A stretch of DNA of 64,000 nucleotides from Raillietiella orientalis (lineage: Eukaryota): contig JAYWIR010000023.1 in NCBI GenBank assembly GCA_036172245.1, positions 62,001 through 126,000 of the forward strand, in the 5' to 3' direction. Below are positions 1 to 13,000 of this stretch, one piece after another (the stretch's first letter is position 1; each line of letters starts with the position of its first letter). The notes beneath the pieces are model-generated. The model saw nothing but the letters and a program-made list of their open reading frames with translations, made no database searches and had not been told where the DNA came from. The position numbers and the translations under genes were made by a program.

Positions 1-3000
1 TCATCCTTCCGGAGATTCTTCTGAAAAGCCACTGGCGGTTTGACTGAGAGTTCGAGGCCAAGAGCGTGCAAATGGCTGTTCCTAGTCGTACAAACCACAT
101 CAACCAAAAGACGTTTGCTCCCAGCAGAGCATCTGTCCGAAATCCTGAATCTCTGGGCGCCGTCTCTGTAGCCTGGCTTCTGCAGTGATCGATGTGTTCA
201 AAGCATCATTTCGGAAAGATGGCTGCGGTGGAAGAGAATTTGGCAATTCCACTGGAACAAGACTTCTTGAACACGAATCGTCTTAATGCTTGCCTCTAAA
301 GATCAAAACGGCGCGTGCAAGAATAAAATCCTCCTAGGCATCATGCTCACTTTGTGCTTACGAATGTACACACATCAAGTGGACGCATTTTTTTTTTTTT
401 TTTTTTTATAAAAAATGGATGCTTTTTAGAATCGATGGATCAGTGAGACAAAAGAGAGGCACCATTCGCTGAATGTTGATGTTAGAATTTTTTGTTTGTC
501 TGCCTGCATTGTAATTCTTCCTTTCCATTCAGCCGCTGCATTCCTTCTCACCTAAAGTTGAAGCTGATCTCTACTGAAATTTCCTCCACTGGCAAACTGA
601 CCACCATTCCTGCATTTTAATCGAAACGTAGGAGTCGGCCGAAAGGCTCTAGCAAGCGATCATGTTGAAAAAAAAAAAAAAAATCAGGGATTCAATCTGA
701 AGAGCTGAATGTCAATTTCAGAATTTGTTCCCGCTCAAATCAACAGGTGGGTAAAAGAGACTGCTTCAGCTCTCTCCGTGCAGCTCGTCATCCAGCAGTG
801 GGGCATTCTTCTCAAAAAAGATCCACTGTGGAAATGTTCCAATGAAATCCCACAAAAGCTGCAGTTCGAGCTGCAGGAGAGATAAGATTGATTTCGAAAC
901 AGCATCCACTTCATCGAGAACTGTGATTAGAAGCGGGAACTCCCCCCCCCCTTTTTCCCTCCAAAACAGTCCGTCCCCAATCCTCCAGTGGAAGGGAAAG
1001 AAAAAGGCACATGAATAAAAGTCGAATTTTCAAGTGCTTTGAACAAACATGTACGAGAAACCAATCCGTAATGTCAAAGCCTCCGCCGCTTTCTGGTACT
1101 TTGATAAGAAAGAAGAGATGCCAATCACTTGGATTTTATTAATTCGGATTGGAAAATAATTGAAAGCTTTCAAAAATGATCCCGGCGCAGTCAAAAACCC
1201 TAGAAGTTTCTCCGTTTACCGACTAAGTAGTTTTTCTCCAGACTGAATGAATGCCTTGACGGATGTATCCATTTTTTGCTTGTACGCCACGTTTGGTTTA
1301 CATTTTTTGCCCTTGGGTATTTCACGGTTCCTTCTGCAATGACACATTGCAGTAATGAACGACTTCTTGCACAATCGAAGATACGAAGAAGTGGTTAGAT
1401 AACTCGTGACGTCAAAACAGTATCCAAAATCTCAAGGACGGGATTTTTTCAGATGGAGGGACCCTTAGCCCCGAAGGATGCTGTTGAAATCAAAGATAAC
1501 TTCGTAGCCGAAGATGTGTTGCCCCCCTCCCCCCCCCAAAAAAAAAAAAACAACTTCCATTGCATGGCCGGATGTGTTTCTTCCTCAAGAATTCCATCGG
1601 ACTTTCCCGAGAAGTGTTTCGTGTCCAAAAACCTACAACTCAATCCCTGTCCAACTAACGGCTTCGTGCTAGCAAAACCCTCGAATTCTGCGGCCTCACG
1701 ACTTGGGGCTCACGACGCATAGTGAGGGCGAGATTGGACAGAGGTACTTCAATTGCAGCCAACCCTTTGAGGACGGTTCGTGTCGGAAATCGAATTACCC
1801 GACAGGTGGAAACTGCTTTTCCTGGAAACGCAACGCAACGCCAAGTCGTTCAGCCATTTCAAGTAATCGCACACGTCTTCCCGCACTTTCTTCCTGGTTG
1901 TGCTCTCTCAGGCTGGAGGATTTCCGTCTCATGGAAGCGAAGTCTGCTGGTCTTCGTGCTTGGCCTGCAATCAGATAGACACGAGAGTTTGGTACAGTTC
2001 TTGGAATTTTAGAATCGCTCTCCTCGATTTATGCAAGATGGCTCTCGGAATGACACGCTCACTCCAATTAAGTGAAGGTTACATAGGTGTAGTAAATAAG
2101 CTGTAAAAGTGTCTGGAGCAGCGTATCGGAGATTTAGTACGTTCTCCTTTTTTTTTTTCTTTCTGGCTCGTGGTCGATTGCAGCTGGGGAATGCAGGGAA
2201 GAGACTCTGTGACCAATGGGTCGTTTGCTCATCAACCTTGCTTTTAAAATGCTCATCACGTTGAAAGAACATGAATAAACAGTTGCCAAAATGATGCACT
2301 TATAATAGCTGTTTTATTATCATCATCCCAATCTCTTATAATCATCCTAAGCTCTTATAATCGCGATTTCCAATAAACTGAAAACAATTTAATTTAATGA
2401 ATACGAAATTGGCAATTTTCTTCACAACAGTTGCGGTTTTGGATATTGCAATTAGAAAGCGCAATTTCGTCAACGTGAAAGTGCTACAAGGGGATAAAAC
2501 AGAAGAGAGGGAAGTAGATGGTTCATATGAGCATCTGAGCACCTGAAGATGAGTTTCAAGCCTTCTACTGGGAGAGAAAAATGTTTGAGATCAATTTTTT
2601 CTTCTCTTCCTCCACGCTGAAATTCGGGATGAAGCCAATCTCGTGTATCCCCAGGATGAAGCGAAATTGATTCATAATTAATGCACAGTTTTGTCGATTT
2701 TGTCATCTTCACATACTGTTGCAACGAATAAGATTGGCGAGTAACTCGCTTATTCGAAGGAGGACGGAACTAGGATCATGGCTGTTAAAATGTCTGAAGC
2801 TCCAACCACGATTCCTCAACTCGAACCGTTTCGAATGGAAAGTCTGCTGAAACCACCGTGTGGAGAAAGAACGTCTGTCGACGGATCCTGCCGCGGCAGT
2901 TCAGAGACGAAAACAAACTCGGGAGAGGTTGAAACAAGAGAGTCTCAGCTATAGGGAGATTCGCTGCAAGAGCCTCCAGCAGCACTCGTGTTGTTCCATC

Positions 3001-4964
3001 TGAGGTTTCTCGTCTCGCGCGGGCAGCATTCGGCCAGCAGCGCAATGATTTAAGAGGGCATACAATCCCGGGGTCATCGTGCGATCCATTCTCAGATCTG
3101 TACGTTGAAGACATAATCCACCCGTTGCTCCGCACCGGCTGTTCCCGTTTCGATGTGGGTCCCAATTGTCTGTCCATGCTTGAATTCTCCGTGAACGAAA
3201 CTGCAAACAAACCGGGATTGCACTCTTTGCGCCCAAACCTCGTTCGTGTATTTGTTGAGGGGAGTTGAGGTGCGTGGATTTTGCAACTGAGATGGAGATC
3301 GGTCACCAACGGCATCTCAAGATCGCTTTCCGCGTATCGGAAGTACCCAAACCGTTTTGTGAGCTTGAAAAAAAATCCTTAAAAAACCTGCGTCGAAGGT
3401 TGTGCGGCTGCTGCGGTTCCCGCGCGCAGCAGCAAGAGTCGCGGTTTCGAATCCCACCCGCGGAAGGATCGACGCCAGAGAAATGGGTGCGTCGTGGGTT
3501 CTGGGTCCTGTCCGCCCCGCAAGATGACGCTGGTTGGACTTGTAGGCTTCCGGTGCGGCACTGGTGGAAGCTGGACGCCCTTCTGACAGGCCGGGATTAA
3601 AAGTTGACCCTTCGGTGTCCTCCCAGGAATCAAGGAGCCACGGTTCCCTTCGGTGTTGCCCTCTGGTTGTGAAGATGGCAACCCTCCATCGCATACCATG
3701 GAGCTGGTTGGTACCCCTTTCATGAGATCGCCTCTCCAGAGTGTAAGATACGCGCTGCTCCCCTCGGAGAGCGTTCTGAAGAGAAAATGGGAAGCGTCCC
3801 TTGCAGGGTCCCTGTGGAGAACAAATTCCAGGAGTGGATCCTTTCCGGGTTCTCTTCGGTGGAGAATTGGGGAGCAGCCCCCCCTTTTGAGTTGCATCCG
3901 GAGGGAGTAAGAAAGAGGCTCCTTTCGGGGTTCACTTCCCAAGCGTGAGAGGAACGGACGCCTTCCTCTGGAGCCCTTCCTGGATTTATAGCGTGGTCGC
4001 CTCCCGGGATACCCCTTAACTTGAGGAGCCAACGCGCACCCTCAGGTGGCGTGGGCGGTGTCAAAGAGCTTCCTGAGCCCCTCCCTAAAAAGCGGACCGT
4101 TCTTCAGCACTCCTTGAGAACCAGAAAAAGGAAAAAATTCCTCCACAGAGAGACTTCGACAAAAGCAAGAGTTCCCCAACTTCCGGTCTTTCTTTTTTCT
4201 TCCCAGATTCCCGTGAAACTTCATCATCCTTCACAATCCCATCGCAAGATCCTTTCCCACACTTCCCACTAGCAAAAGTTTCACATCGCAAGTGCCCACT
4301 GCCAACTATAGGAGCCGGAGTACCACCCAGCATGCTTGGGTATGGGATTGTTTGGAGACGCCCTCTGCATCTTTCAAAAGTCCGCATCTAAGGCTAACGT
4401 TTAAGGAAATATGAAGCATTTGCTTCCTGGCGCGGGTGCATGGTCAGTCGAGGGCCACCAACGGCTGACAAGCTGGCGACTGGCCGCTTGATCTTCGAGA
4501 GAGGAGAGACGTGTATGTTGCAATCCATTTCCGTGGGCTCCGCTTTACAAGAATCCGATCGATCCTAGCTGCTGCATCCGAAAGATCGAAACTTTGCTCT
4601 TCGTGCTCGCGGCCATTCGCATTTGCTGGAGAGACTCCGCTGGTGGCTCGAGGTCGTGTGCACCTGAGACAAGACGCAGGTGACCGGCCGAATCACATGC
4701 TCGAGAGGTTTCCCTTCCGAAAGCGCGTCAGCATCTCGGTGAACTTGCTACATCCGTGACTGAGTGGCCAACCTCCGTCGTGTGGCGTCCTCCCTTCGAG
4801 AAGACTGAAATGCTAAGGAGATTTCCAAAGATTGTTTCCAATTGGTTGTGAAAATGCGAGGCTTATTTCAAAAGTAAGAGCCGATCGGGAATAAAGAAAG
4901 AACAAACAAGAGGAACAAAAATATGTATTATCGGTTAGAAACGTATACATCCCCACATCATTTT

Positions 4965-5410
4965 TCTGCGTAGTCACCATTTTTTTCCAAGCACTTTTGA
5001 CACCGTGGAAGAAGCTTTTTGAAATCCCTCTGAATGAAGTTTCTCCACCTGGGAGTTCGGCCAGTTCAGCAACAACACTGCAGCTTTCAACTCTTCCCTT
5101 TCCCCTCGAGCCATTGAGCCACTTCTAGAGGTGCAGGAAGACGTGGTAGTCATTGGGCAGGACTGTAAGATGAGTGATCGAAAGGTTCCCATTTGAATTG
5201 TCTGGAAATGTCTGGAACGTGAAGACAGCATGTGTTGCCAAGGCGCATGTTGTCGTGAAGAAAGGAGAAGAACAATTCCTGATCTCAGCATTTTACGTCT
5301 TCGGCTCTGAATGGCACGCCACATTTTTAAAAGTGTTTCACAGTAGACTTGCGAAGTGGTGGTTATTCCATGCTCCATAAAGTCCACCAGAAGCACACTC
5401 TTTTAGTCCC
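4965..5410 (-). pseudogene. Mariner transposase fragment (frameshifted, catalytic domain to C-terminus)
   Basis: Minus-strand translation VLLVDFMEHGITTTSQVYCETLLKMWRAIQSRRRKMLRSGIVLL...HDN matches the mariner consensus GVLLVDFLxxGxTIxxxxYCxTLxKLRRAIxxKRRGxLxxGVLLLHDNA. It continues through frameshifts to DYHVFLHL and the C-terminus. Confidence 0.85.
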
Positions 5411-5429
5411 ACACACTGCTGCTGTCCGC

Positions 5430-5690
5430 ACATTCCAGACAATTCAGAAACTCAGATGGGAACTTTTGGATCACTCAGTCCTGACCTCTCCAGCATGGAC
5501 TACCACGTCTTCCTGCACCTCCAGAAGTGGCTCAACGATTTGAGGGGGAAAGTGAGGAGTTGAAAACTGCAGTGTTGCTGCTGAACTGGCCGAACTCTCA
5601 GACGGCGGAACTTTATGCAGAGTATCTCAAAGGGCTTCTTCCACGGTGTCAAAAGAGTTTGGAAAAAAATGGTGACCACGTAGAAAAACG
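5430..5690 (+). pseudogene. Second mariner transposase C-terminal fragment (inverted copy)
   Basis: Reads WELLDH...SPDLSSMDYHVFLHLQKWL (YSPDLAPxD motif) and QRFEGESEELKTAVLLLNWPNSQTAELYAEYLKGLLPRCQKSLEKNGDHVEK, with frameshifts. Confidence 0.85.
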
Positions 5691-6828
5691 ACACAGGGAT
5701 GTACGTCTACACCAATGCATTTTCGTTTCTCTTATTTGTTCTTTCTTTCTGTCCTATCCTCCCTCACTTTTGAAATGGGCCCCCAGTATAACACTTGCAT
5801 TCTGGAAAGGTCAAGAATTCTCAGTGCTGGGAAGGTCTACTATTCACCCCAGAAAAAGTAATAGAAATGCCGAGATTACGAAACGGAATTCCAAGGATGA
5901 TGTAAATGTATCCCGATACAAAATGCTCTGAAATTTCCATTGAAGGTTCCTTCATTCCACATCACTTTCACTTCCTGTCATCTTAGAATGCGTGAACTTC
6001 ATACTTGGGCATCTAAAATTTTAGGTGAAATTTAGATTTCTTAATTGCAACTATGTTTTTAGTTCTCAGTGTTACTTCAATTGTACAAGCAGGAAAGTAG
6101 AAGGCCAAAATTATGAGAGGTCATCGAAATTGACACTTTTGTTTCGAAGAGGGGCGTTAGCATTCCTTAGCGATGCCCATGGTGATGGCAAAGATGCTTT
6201 TGCATGCGATGGGCACAGTCGTGAACTGCAGTCCGATGAAGCCAGCAGTGATTTTGGCTCCCGTCAGTCATTCTCAACAGAATTTCTTTCGGATTTTCCG
6301 CAAAACGTACAAAACTGTAGGATAATTGTTCGTACAGGATTCTGTAAGCATACATGTACACAGCAACACGCACACATGTGTGCTGTCGACACAGACTCTG
6401 CACACACGCAAATGAGCTGCCTCCAAAATGTACCGCACGGCTACTCGCAACATCCGAATCTCGGTGCATGGAAACGCAGACTCCAATTCAGCGGTAATAA
6501 GGCATGGACAGCTCTCATTAGAGTAATTACACAGATCTGAATAATCCCCAAAGATAGCCTTTGAAGATTATCGGAAGCTTCCCACATTTTCTAACGAAAA
6601 TCGGTTTTCATGCGAATGCTCAGCAATCTCTTTTTCCTTTTTTTGTTTTTTTACTGAGAAACTGAATCTTTACAGATCTCAACAGACCACTTTCTGTCGC
6701 AGTTGTCCCATCACACAGTCCTAACCATCCAATCCAGATGGCACAGCTCGTGATTGCAATACGGAGTCCCACTTTCATCTCGTTTTCTGGTTGATTTCTG
6801 TTCATTGGCTATTTGGCGAAAAGATGAC

Positions 6829-7055
6829 TAAAATTCATGGGATTATTGGTACGACCTAAGAATGAAATGTACGACCTGTATGTACACCTGGTTTAGCACT
6901 CACACGATGAGGAATCTGAAAGCTGTGGTCGAAAGATGACAATGAATCCATGTGACCACAGCTTTCAGATTCCTCATCGTGTGAGTGCTAAACCAGGTGT
7001 ACATACAGGTCGTACATTTCATTCTTAGGTCATACCAATAATCCCATGAATTTTA
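6829..7055. repeat. Near-perfect inverted repeat: 102-bp arms (6829-6930 and 6954-7055), 23-nt spacer
   Basis: Base-by-base reverse complement with a single mismatch (tacgacc vs ggtcata). Confidence 0.97.
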
Positions 7056-10000
7056 AACAGACCATCATCGTGTTTTGTGTGTTTCTGCGGGGCATTTTTT
7101 CACCCGAAGTGCTCAGACCTCAAATTTAAATCCACTCTTTCAAATTGGGCATTATACTAGATTTATCCCAAAAGGGAGGGAATGGATTTATTATTTCGCT
7201 TGGCTTGTGTTATCCCATTTCTGTCCAGCATCTAATCATGTACACCTTTCTAAAAGCGAAGAAAAAGCCTCTAGGATTCCCAAATTACAGGCTATGTGAC
7301 TCCAAAAAGGAGTACAGTTTTGTACCAGCATGAATCTTCTGCCGTGAAAACCCGAAACATACATTTATTTTTATTTTGAATTAATACCATAGCTGGAAAT
7401 GAAACCTCGTGCTTTTTTCTTCCACTAACTGCAATCAAAGAGGTAACTTCCAAGGATGCCATAAAAATAAATCTTAAGATACGGTGCATGGATAAACCTC
7501 GTGTCAGAAGAAATGCAACATGAAGCTCTGAGTAAGTCCTACACATACCCAAATTTTGTACATAACTCTATGATACGGAAGAAGGAAAAAAAGGAGAAAA
7601 GGGAAAAGCAAAACCTGGAATCCATTGTGATTTCCCCTGACTGCTGACTAAATAGAAGACTGAGAGTTCCTAATCTGATGCCGTCAAGGATAATGAGACT
7701 GTTTCTTGGTTTCCACCAGACCACCGATTACGCACGCTTTTGTCCTGATGACATGCATTTTAGAAATATCCTAGAAACGAAATCTCATTCGATAACCTCA
7801 TTCGATTCTCATCTATCGATATTTCACATCAGAGATCTGTAAAGATAATTGCAGCCAGTTTAATTGGAAGCAGCAATAAAATCTAAAAGAAAACGCTGCA
7901 AGAAGATATCTTTGGCAAAGAAATACAGTGATGAGACTTTCTCGTGCAAATGGAACGATATACAACTTTCAAGCATCAGATAGGAGCAGCAGCTGATGGC
8001 TCTGACTCTTGCAATACAATGATGAAGCCTCCGGACCGAGCAGGTCGAGGTCTTTCTAGATGGTATAGATCGTTTCCCACCGAATGGTTTGTTGGTCTTT
8101 GTTGCTCGTTTTGTTCTGTTTTTGTTTTTGTTTTCTTTTTGGTATTTTCCTGCAAATCGTAAATGATTGCCTTCATTTAAAGCAGCTACTACTGTGACTT
8201 TCGCAATTTATCTTTGAAAATTTTCCATTATACGAGACAAGGCAAACATTCTAAAGTTCGAATACTTTCTGGCAGCATGGCTTATCCATTAAAACCTCAG
8301 TTTAAAGTTCGCTATGTAAAGGACTTCAAACTTTTCTATCTTTCGACGCATAGCAGCGACTCCCCTAATGAGACTCGCATGAAGGGAGCTCTTGGCTCTT
8401 CCAGATGCTGATGCATGAATGAAAGAAATTTTGCCCGAAAAAACGAACACCAGAGCTCATGTTCCGGCTTAATCGTCCTGTAAGATCATTCTGCATTTCC
8501 TGAAAACATGTTTCCTGTTGAATTAGGTCGAGTGCTTTTGCTACGAAACAAGGAAGATTGTCCTTGGACCATACCTCAGCCATAGGACTGAGTACACATT
8601 CATTACTTTGGTGTTTCCCTTGTTCTTCCTCTTCTTATTTTGCTAAGAGAGCGTTCTTTGAAGATTTTGCCTGTCATTTCCATTTTTATTGTTTATTGCC
8701 GCAATGCCTGAATGAAGGCGATCCACGGCTAGAGTCATAACGAAGTATTGAAGAAAGATTTGCCAAAGAGCAGTCCAGAACATTAACTCGACATCAGACA
8801 ATTATCATAATTATTTCAAGCTCGTTCTTGTTTATTCTGAATCCCTTTAAATATATTTCTGAACTCTTGTTGAGATATTGAGGAACGTAAAGCTGTTTCC
8901 GACGCATGCGTGATGACTAAAGCTTATTTCTCAATTTTCATCTCGCTCTCGAAATTGCCATGATTCCTTAGTCCATGGAATATAGTCCCAAAGGATTCGG
9001 GAAACTAATTTTCTCGGCGATTCTCATAACATAGAAGTTTTAGCAGAGACGCAGACGCTTTCTTGCCTATGCAGCAATCTGAATCAGTAATTTGACAACA
9101 AGGAATCGACTCCACAATCTACCAGTAATACTGCCGCCCTCGATGTGGCGGATACTCCGATGCTACATCCACAAGGCTCTGGTATGCCTGCTTGCAGACC
9201 TGGTCCTACATTGCGAATCGGACCTCATGCCGACAAACCGCCTCAGCGAATCCAGCATCCCTTCGAAGACTCAGGGCATCCGTTTCAGACCGGCACAATC
9301 CGATTTCTCCGTTGCCATCACAAGAAGTTCGCAGCTGAACCTGAGACACTCGGTGCTCGATAGCCAGAACGTCTTCTGCATCCTATTGGGGAAAAAATCA
9401 TTGGAGGCTTTCATGGAGGAGCTGGGATCTAAAAGGCGAAAACATCTGGGAGTGGCAAGATGTGCGTGCGGGTGGATCCACCGCGTGGAATAATGCTGTT
9501 GGAATTAGGCAGTTTTAAGAAAGAAAATCCTCAGTCCGCACTGAGGATACGTTTGGTGGACAGTAAGCAAATGAATGTCCTCATTGTACACAGCGCTGTG
9601 CAAAAATGAGAATGGAAACTGAAGAAGGGCTAACAGCAAAACGAAACGAACGTAGCGACAGCACGACAAAACGAAAGTTCTAAAGGAATGTTCTCATCTG
9701 CCTTCCCATAACTGCTTGATGTTAGATCACACATCCACACTGACGAAGTCTCCCGTTTTCCAGGGTGAGATGAGCTTGCAGAATCTGAGATTCACAGGAA
9801 ATCTGCGATCCGCTGTGAAGTAAGGATGATGCTCGAAGGCAGTGACGGGAACATCTTGTAGATTATTGGATGCAGCAAAGTCCCCGAAAGTCCAGTTACT
9901 ATTAGCGGCAATGAATGCCGTCTCTGCACTGTCTCATCTCTGGAGCATCGGGTGAAATGATCCCGCGAACTTTGTGCATGCATTTCTCTCCCATCACTCC

Positions 10001-13000
10001 CCTTCGTTTCAACTATTTCAGGGTTCTCAACAAATCTCCGATCTCTTCCTGTTTTCCTTATCAGTTTATTTTCAAAAAGAAGGCATTTCAGAATCTTCCC
10101 TGCCTAATTAACTGATTTTACTCCAGGCATAAAAATCCCAGCTATTCCATTTCGAAGTTTTCTCCCCTTCACTGTCTAATACACTAATCTCATAAAATGG
10201 ATTTTCCCGCCATGCCTATCAACAACCAATCCCACAAAACTGTAAACCCACACTATTCACTTATGGTGTTCACAAATAATACTTTCATCTGGGAGAATGA
10301 AATCCCTCCAAAACTTTTTTTTAGATTGGCTGACATTTCTGGCCATCCTATACTCCAATATACTAAGAACTTGCTATTGGATTCTTCATTTTTGATGTTG
10401 AGGAGGAAGAAACAACGCGATTTTCTTCCGAAATATCTTTCGATGAGGCATCAGATAAATTTTCTAACGGATGGGCATCTGCGTTTTCAAGTACTTCTTC
10501 ATCCAAACCTATGCATATACCATGTAATTCTTCTTTTGTATTGCATGCTTAAACTCATGGGCACGCAGAGAAAACTCCTTCAATGTACATGACGAGGCTC
10601 TACACAAAGAGTTGTACACCTTATGTTTCATCACTGGTATTTGGTTTCATCTTTAAATTTAAGTATCCTGTTAGCGCGTTTCATATAACATTTTGCGAGT
10701 TTTTCAAATGGCAAGGAACATTATTTGGACATTAGAAAAATCCGGAAAATTGAGAAAATGCTGTCACTCTTTTCGGTTTTCCATTGGTGCACTCATTTCA
10801 AAAGGGTGCACCGGAATTTTAGAGAAAATTTTTAGAACGTACTGCGGCGTGTGTGTTTAACATTTACACATTACTGGCCAAACGGAGTTGAACTCAACAC
10901 GGAACAACCATGAGGACCTAAATTTCACGCACCCCGGACTACGCTATAGGTGTCCAGCATTCGTGTTTTGACCAACGGTCACTTTCGTCAACGAGCGTTC
11001 CATCCCCCGCTGTGAGAAGGACGTGGCCGAAGCCACATTTTCTGAGCTCTCTCGCGGCTTTGACCGGAGCAATCTTTTTCGCTTACCCTCCACGTGGAAT
11101 CAATTTATTAGACTCACTATTTCATCTTCGAGACTTTACACGGCTGGTCACCCGCTGCAATTTCTTAGATGGCTTGTCAGCAGGAAAGTCCAGAAGCCGT
11201 GATTTCCGGAGAAGTCACTGGAAGCACAACGACCTGTTCCTTCAATTCTGCTCGAGCGACTTTCGTTGCCTTTATTTTTGTACCCCGAGTTGTCCAAAAA
11301 ATTTCGAAATGTTTCTCATAGAATCTCCAAGTTTTGGTGATGCTTCCTCTGCTCGATTCCACACCTTCTCAACCGAGCTCTTTCAGGATGAACGCGAACA
11401 AATCTCCATTCACTTCCTTCTTAAACAGAATTATCCTAAATGTCAGTAATTCTCAAAGCCACCACGGCAGAATTGGGGTAGCTTAGGTGACAGGTTGCCT
11501 TTTCCTGTGATGCTTTCTGCCTTGGATAATGCAACCACCGTTAGGAGGGTTTTGTCCATAGTGAGCATCCCTCCCGAGCTTAAAAGATCTTCATTTCCTT
11601 GCATTAATCAGACTTGGTAATCAAGAACACAGAAACGCAAAAACTCTTTCTACAAGGATCACGAAGGGTCCTTGTACTTGTACTTGTAAGTCCTCGTACA
11701 GCATTCACATATACCGATCCTATTCTAGTTCTAGTGAGCATGTATGTCCTGTATTTCCAAAAGGGAGCAAAGGGATAGATAGCACTGTTCCGCTTTCCAG
11801 TACCACCTTTCTCGGTTTAAGCACAAATATTTTCAATGATGCCAAATTCTGGCCCTTCTGTGGTCTCTTGCGGTCCGCATAGGGAACCTGCTTGCTCGTG
11901 TCTGCTGTGCGTGCCAGCTCTCCGGCACTTCTTAATCCCTCCATCCTCACGCGTACTGGATTGAAGAATTTCCCTTCTGTACTCGCTGGCATGCTTTTTT
12001 ACTTCTGTTTTAAACGCATTTCCCGGTTTCGTACTTATCGGCTTTCACCGTCGGAATTTGCACAACTGATGCGTGGTTACCGAACTCGTGAGGATGGGTC
12101 ACGGTAATCCTTGTGGCTAATCGCAGCACGTTTCCCTCAAACATCTGCTGATGCAACCGTCACGCACCGTTGTTGCCTTGGCCACAGTGCCTCTAGGTGC
12201 AGAGATCTTCATCTTCGATCTTCATGATCCTCTCGTGATGTGGTGAAAAGGCAGCAAGGTGTGACCCCCCCCTATACTTTCCGGGATTTTCTTGTGTAGG
12301 ATCGATGAAGTAAACAAAGTGCCCTTTCAGATTTTCAGTCGATACAGTGAACACTACAATTTCACTTGCTCCAAGTTTTTTTCTATTTAAAATGCCTGTT
12401 CTATACACCTCCACAGAAAAGAGATAATTCAGGAGAAGATCGTACAATAAAATCAGATGCATTTCCTAGGGGCAGTGATTTTCAAACGTGGGGCGGACGG
12501 GTAATAATTTGGTTTGGCTTTCTTTTTCCTTTTATTCTTTTTCCGGAACCAAGCGCCCCTTAGAATCTCAGAAATAGGTTGCATAATCGTGGAATTCTTG
12601 CAAACAATCAATGCTTTTCCATATGACTATTTCTCAATGGACAAGTAGGCCTTGGCATTTCTTGCACGTGTGCCACCCTTACTGGGAAAGGCTCGAACTC
12701 GCTTGTGAAAAACAGTTCTTTCATTATCATACCTTTCGTAGAAGTCGCAGTTCCATGACCTTCAAGTTCTGTCCAGTCTCTTGTGACACATGGTGTGTGA
12801 ACCACCTATTTGCTCTGTACACGGCTGAGAGGACCATTCAGTATCGCTGCACTGCCAAATTGTTGAAAGCTAAAAGCAACGGACAGGATGCGACCTCTGA
12901 CCCTCAGACTCTTATCCTTTATTAGTAACTCGAACTGCTTAGCTAGAACTACTACTATTCCTTGGCTATTACTCTAATGCCACTACCGTAATGCGAAGCA

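Larger units (their letters stand above)
4855..5788. mobile_element. Non-autonomous mariner (Tc1/mariner, DD34D-type) fold-back element made of two inverted 3' ends around a catalytic-domain fragment
   Basis: The left end (tgcgaggcttatttcaaaagtaag) and the reverse complement of the right end (tactgggggcccatttcaaaagtgag) are related TIR-like ends. About 4855-5215 is a diverged reverse complement of about 5430-5788. Both arms carry the mariner C-terminus (EELKxAV...W...Q...KxLxKNGDxxEK). Confidence 0.85.

Noticed and set aside
3407..3460. 9-bp GC hairpin followed by a B-box-like GGTTTCGAATCCCACC, suggesting a tRNA or SINE head
   Set aside because: No A box, acceptor stem or cloverleaf could be built.
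9960..12460. Possible decayed LINE pieces (purine-rich minus strand; SCANSDG resembling a gag knuckle near 12060)
   Set aside because: Motif matches are too weak and interrupted to support a call without a profile search.
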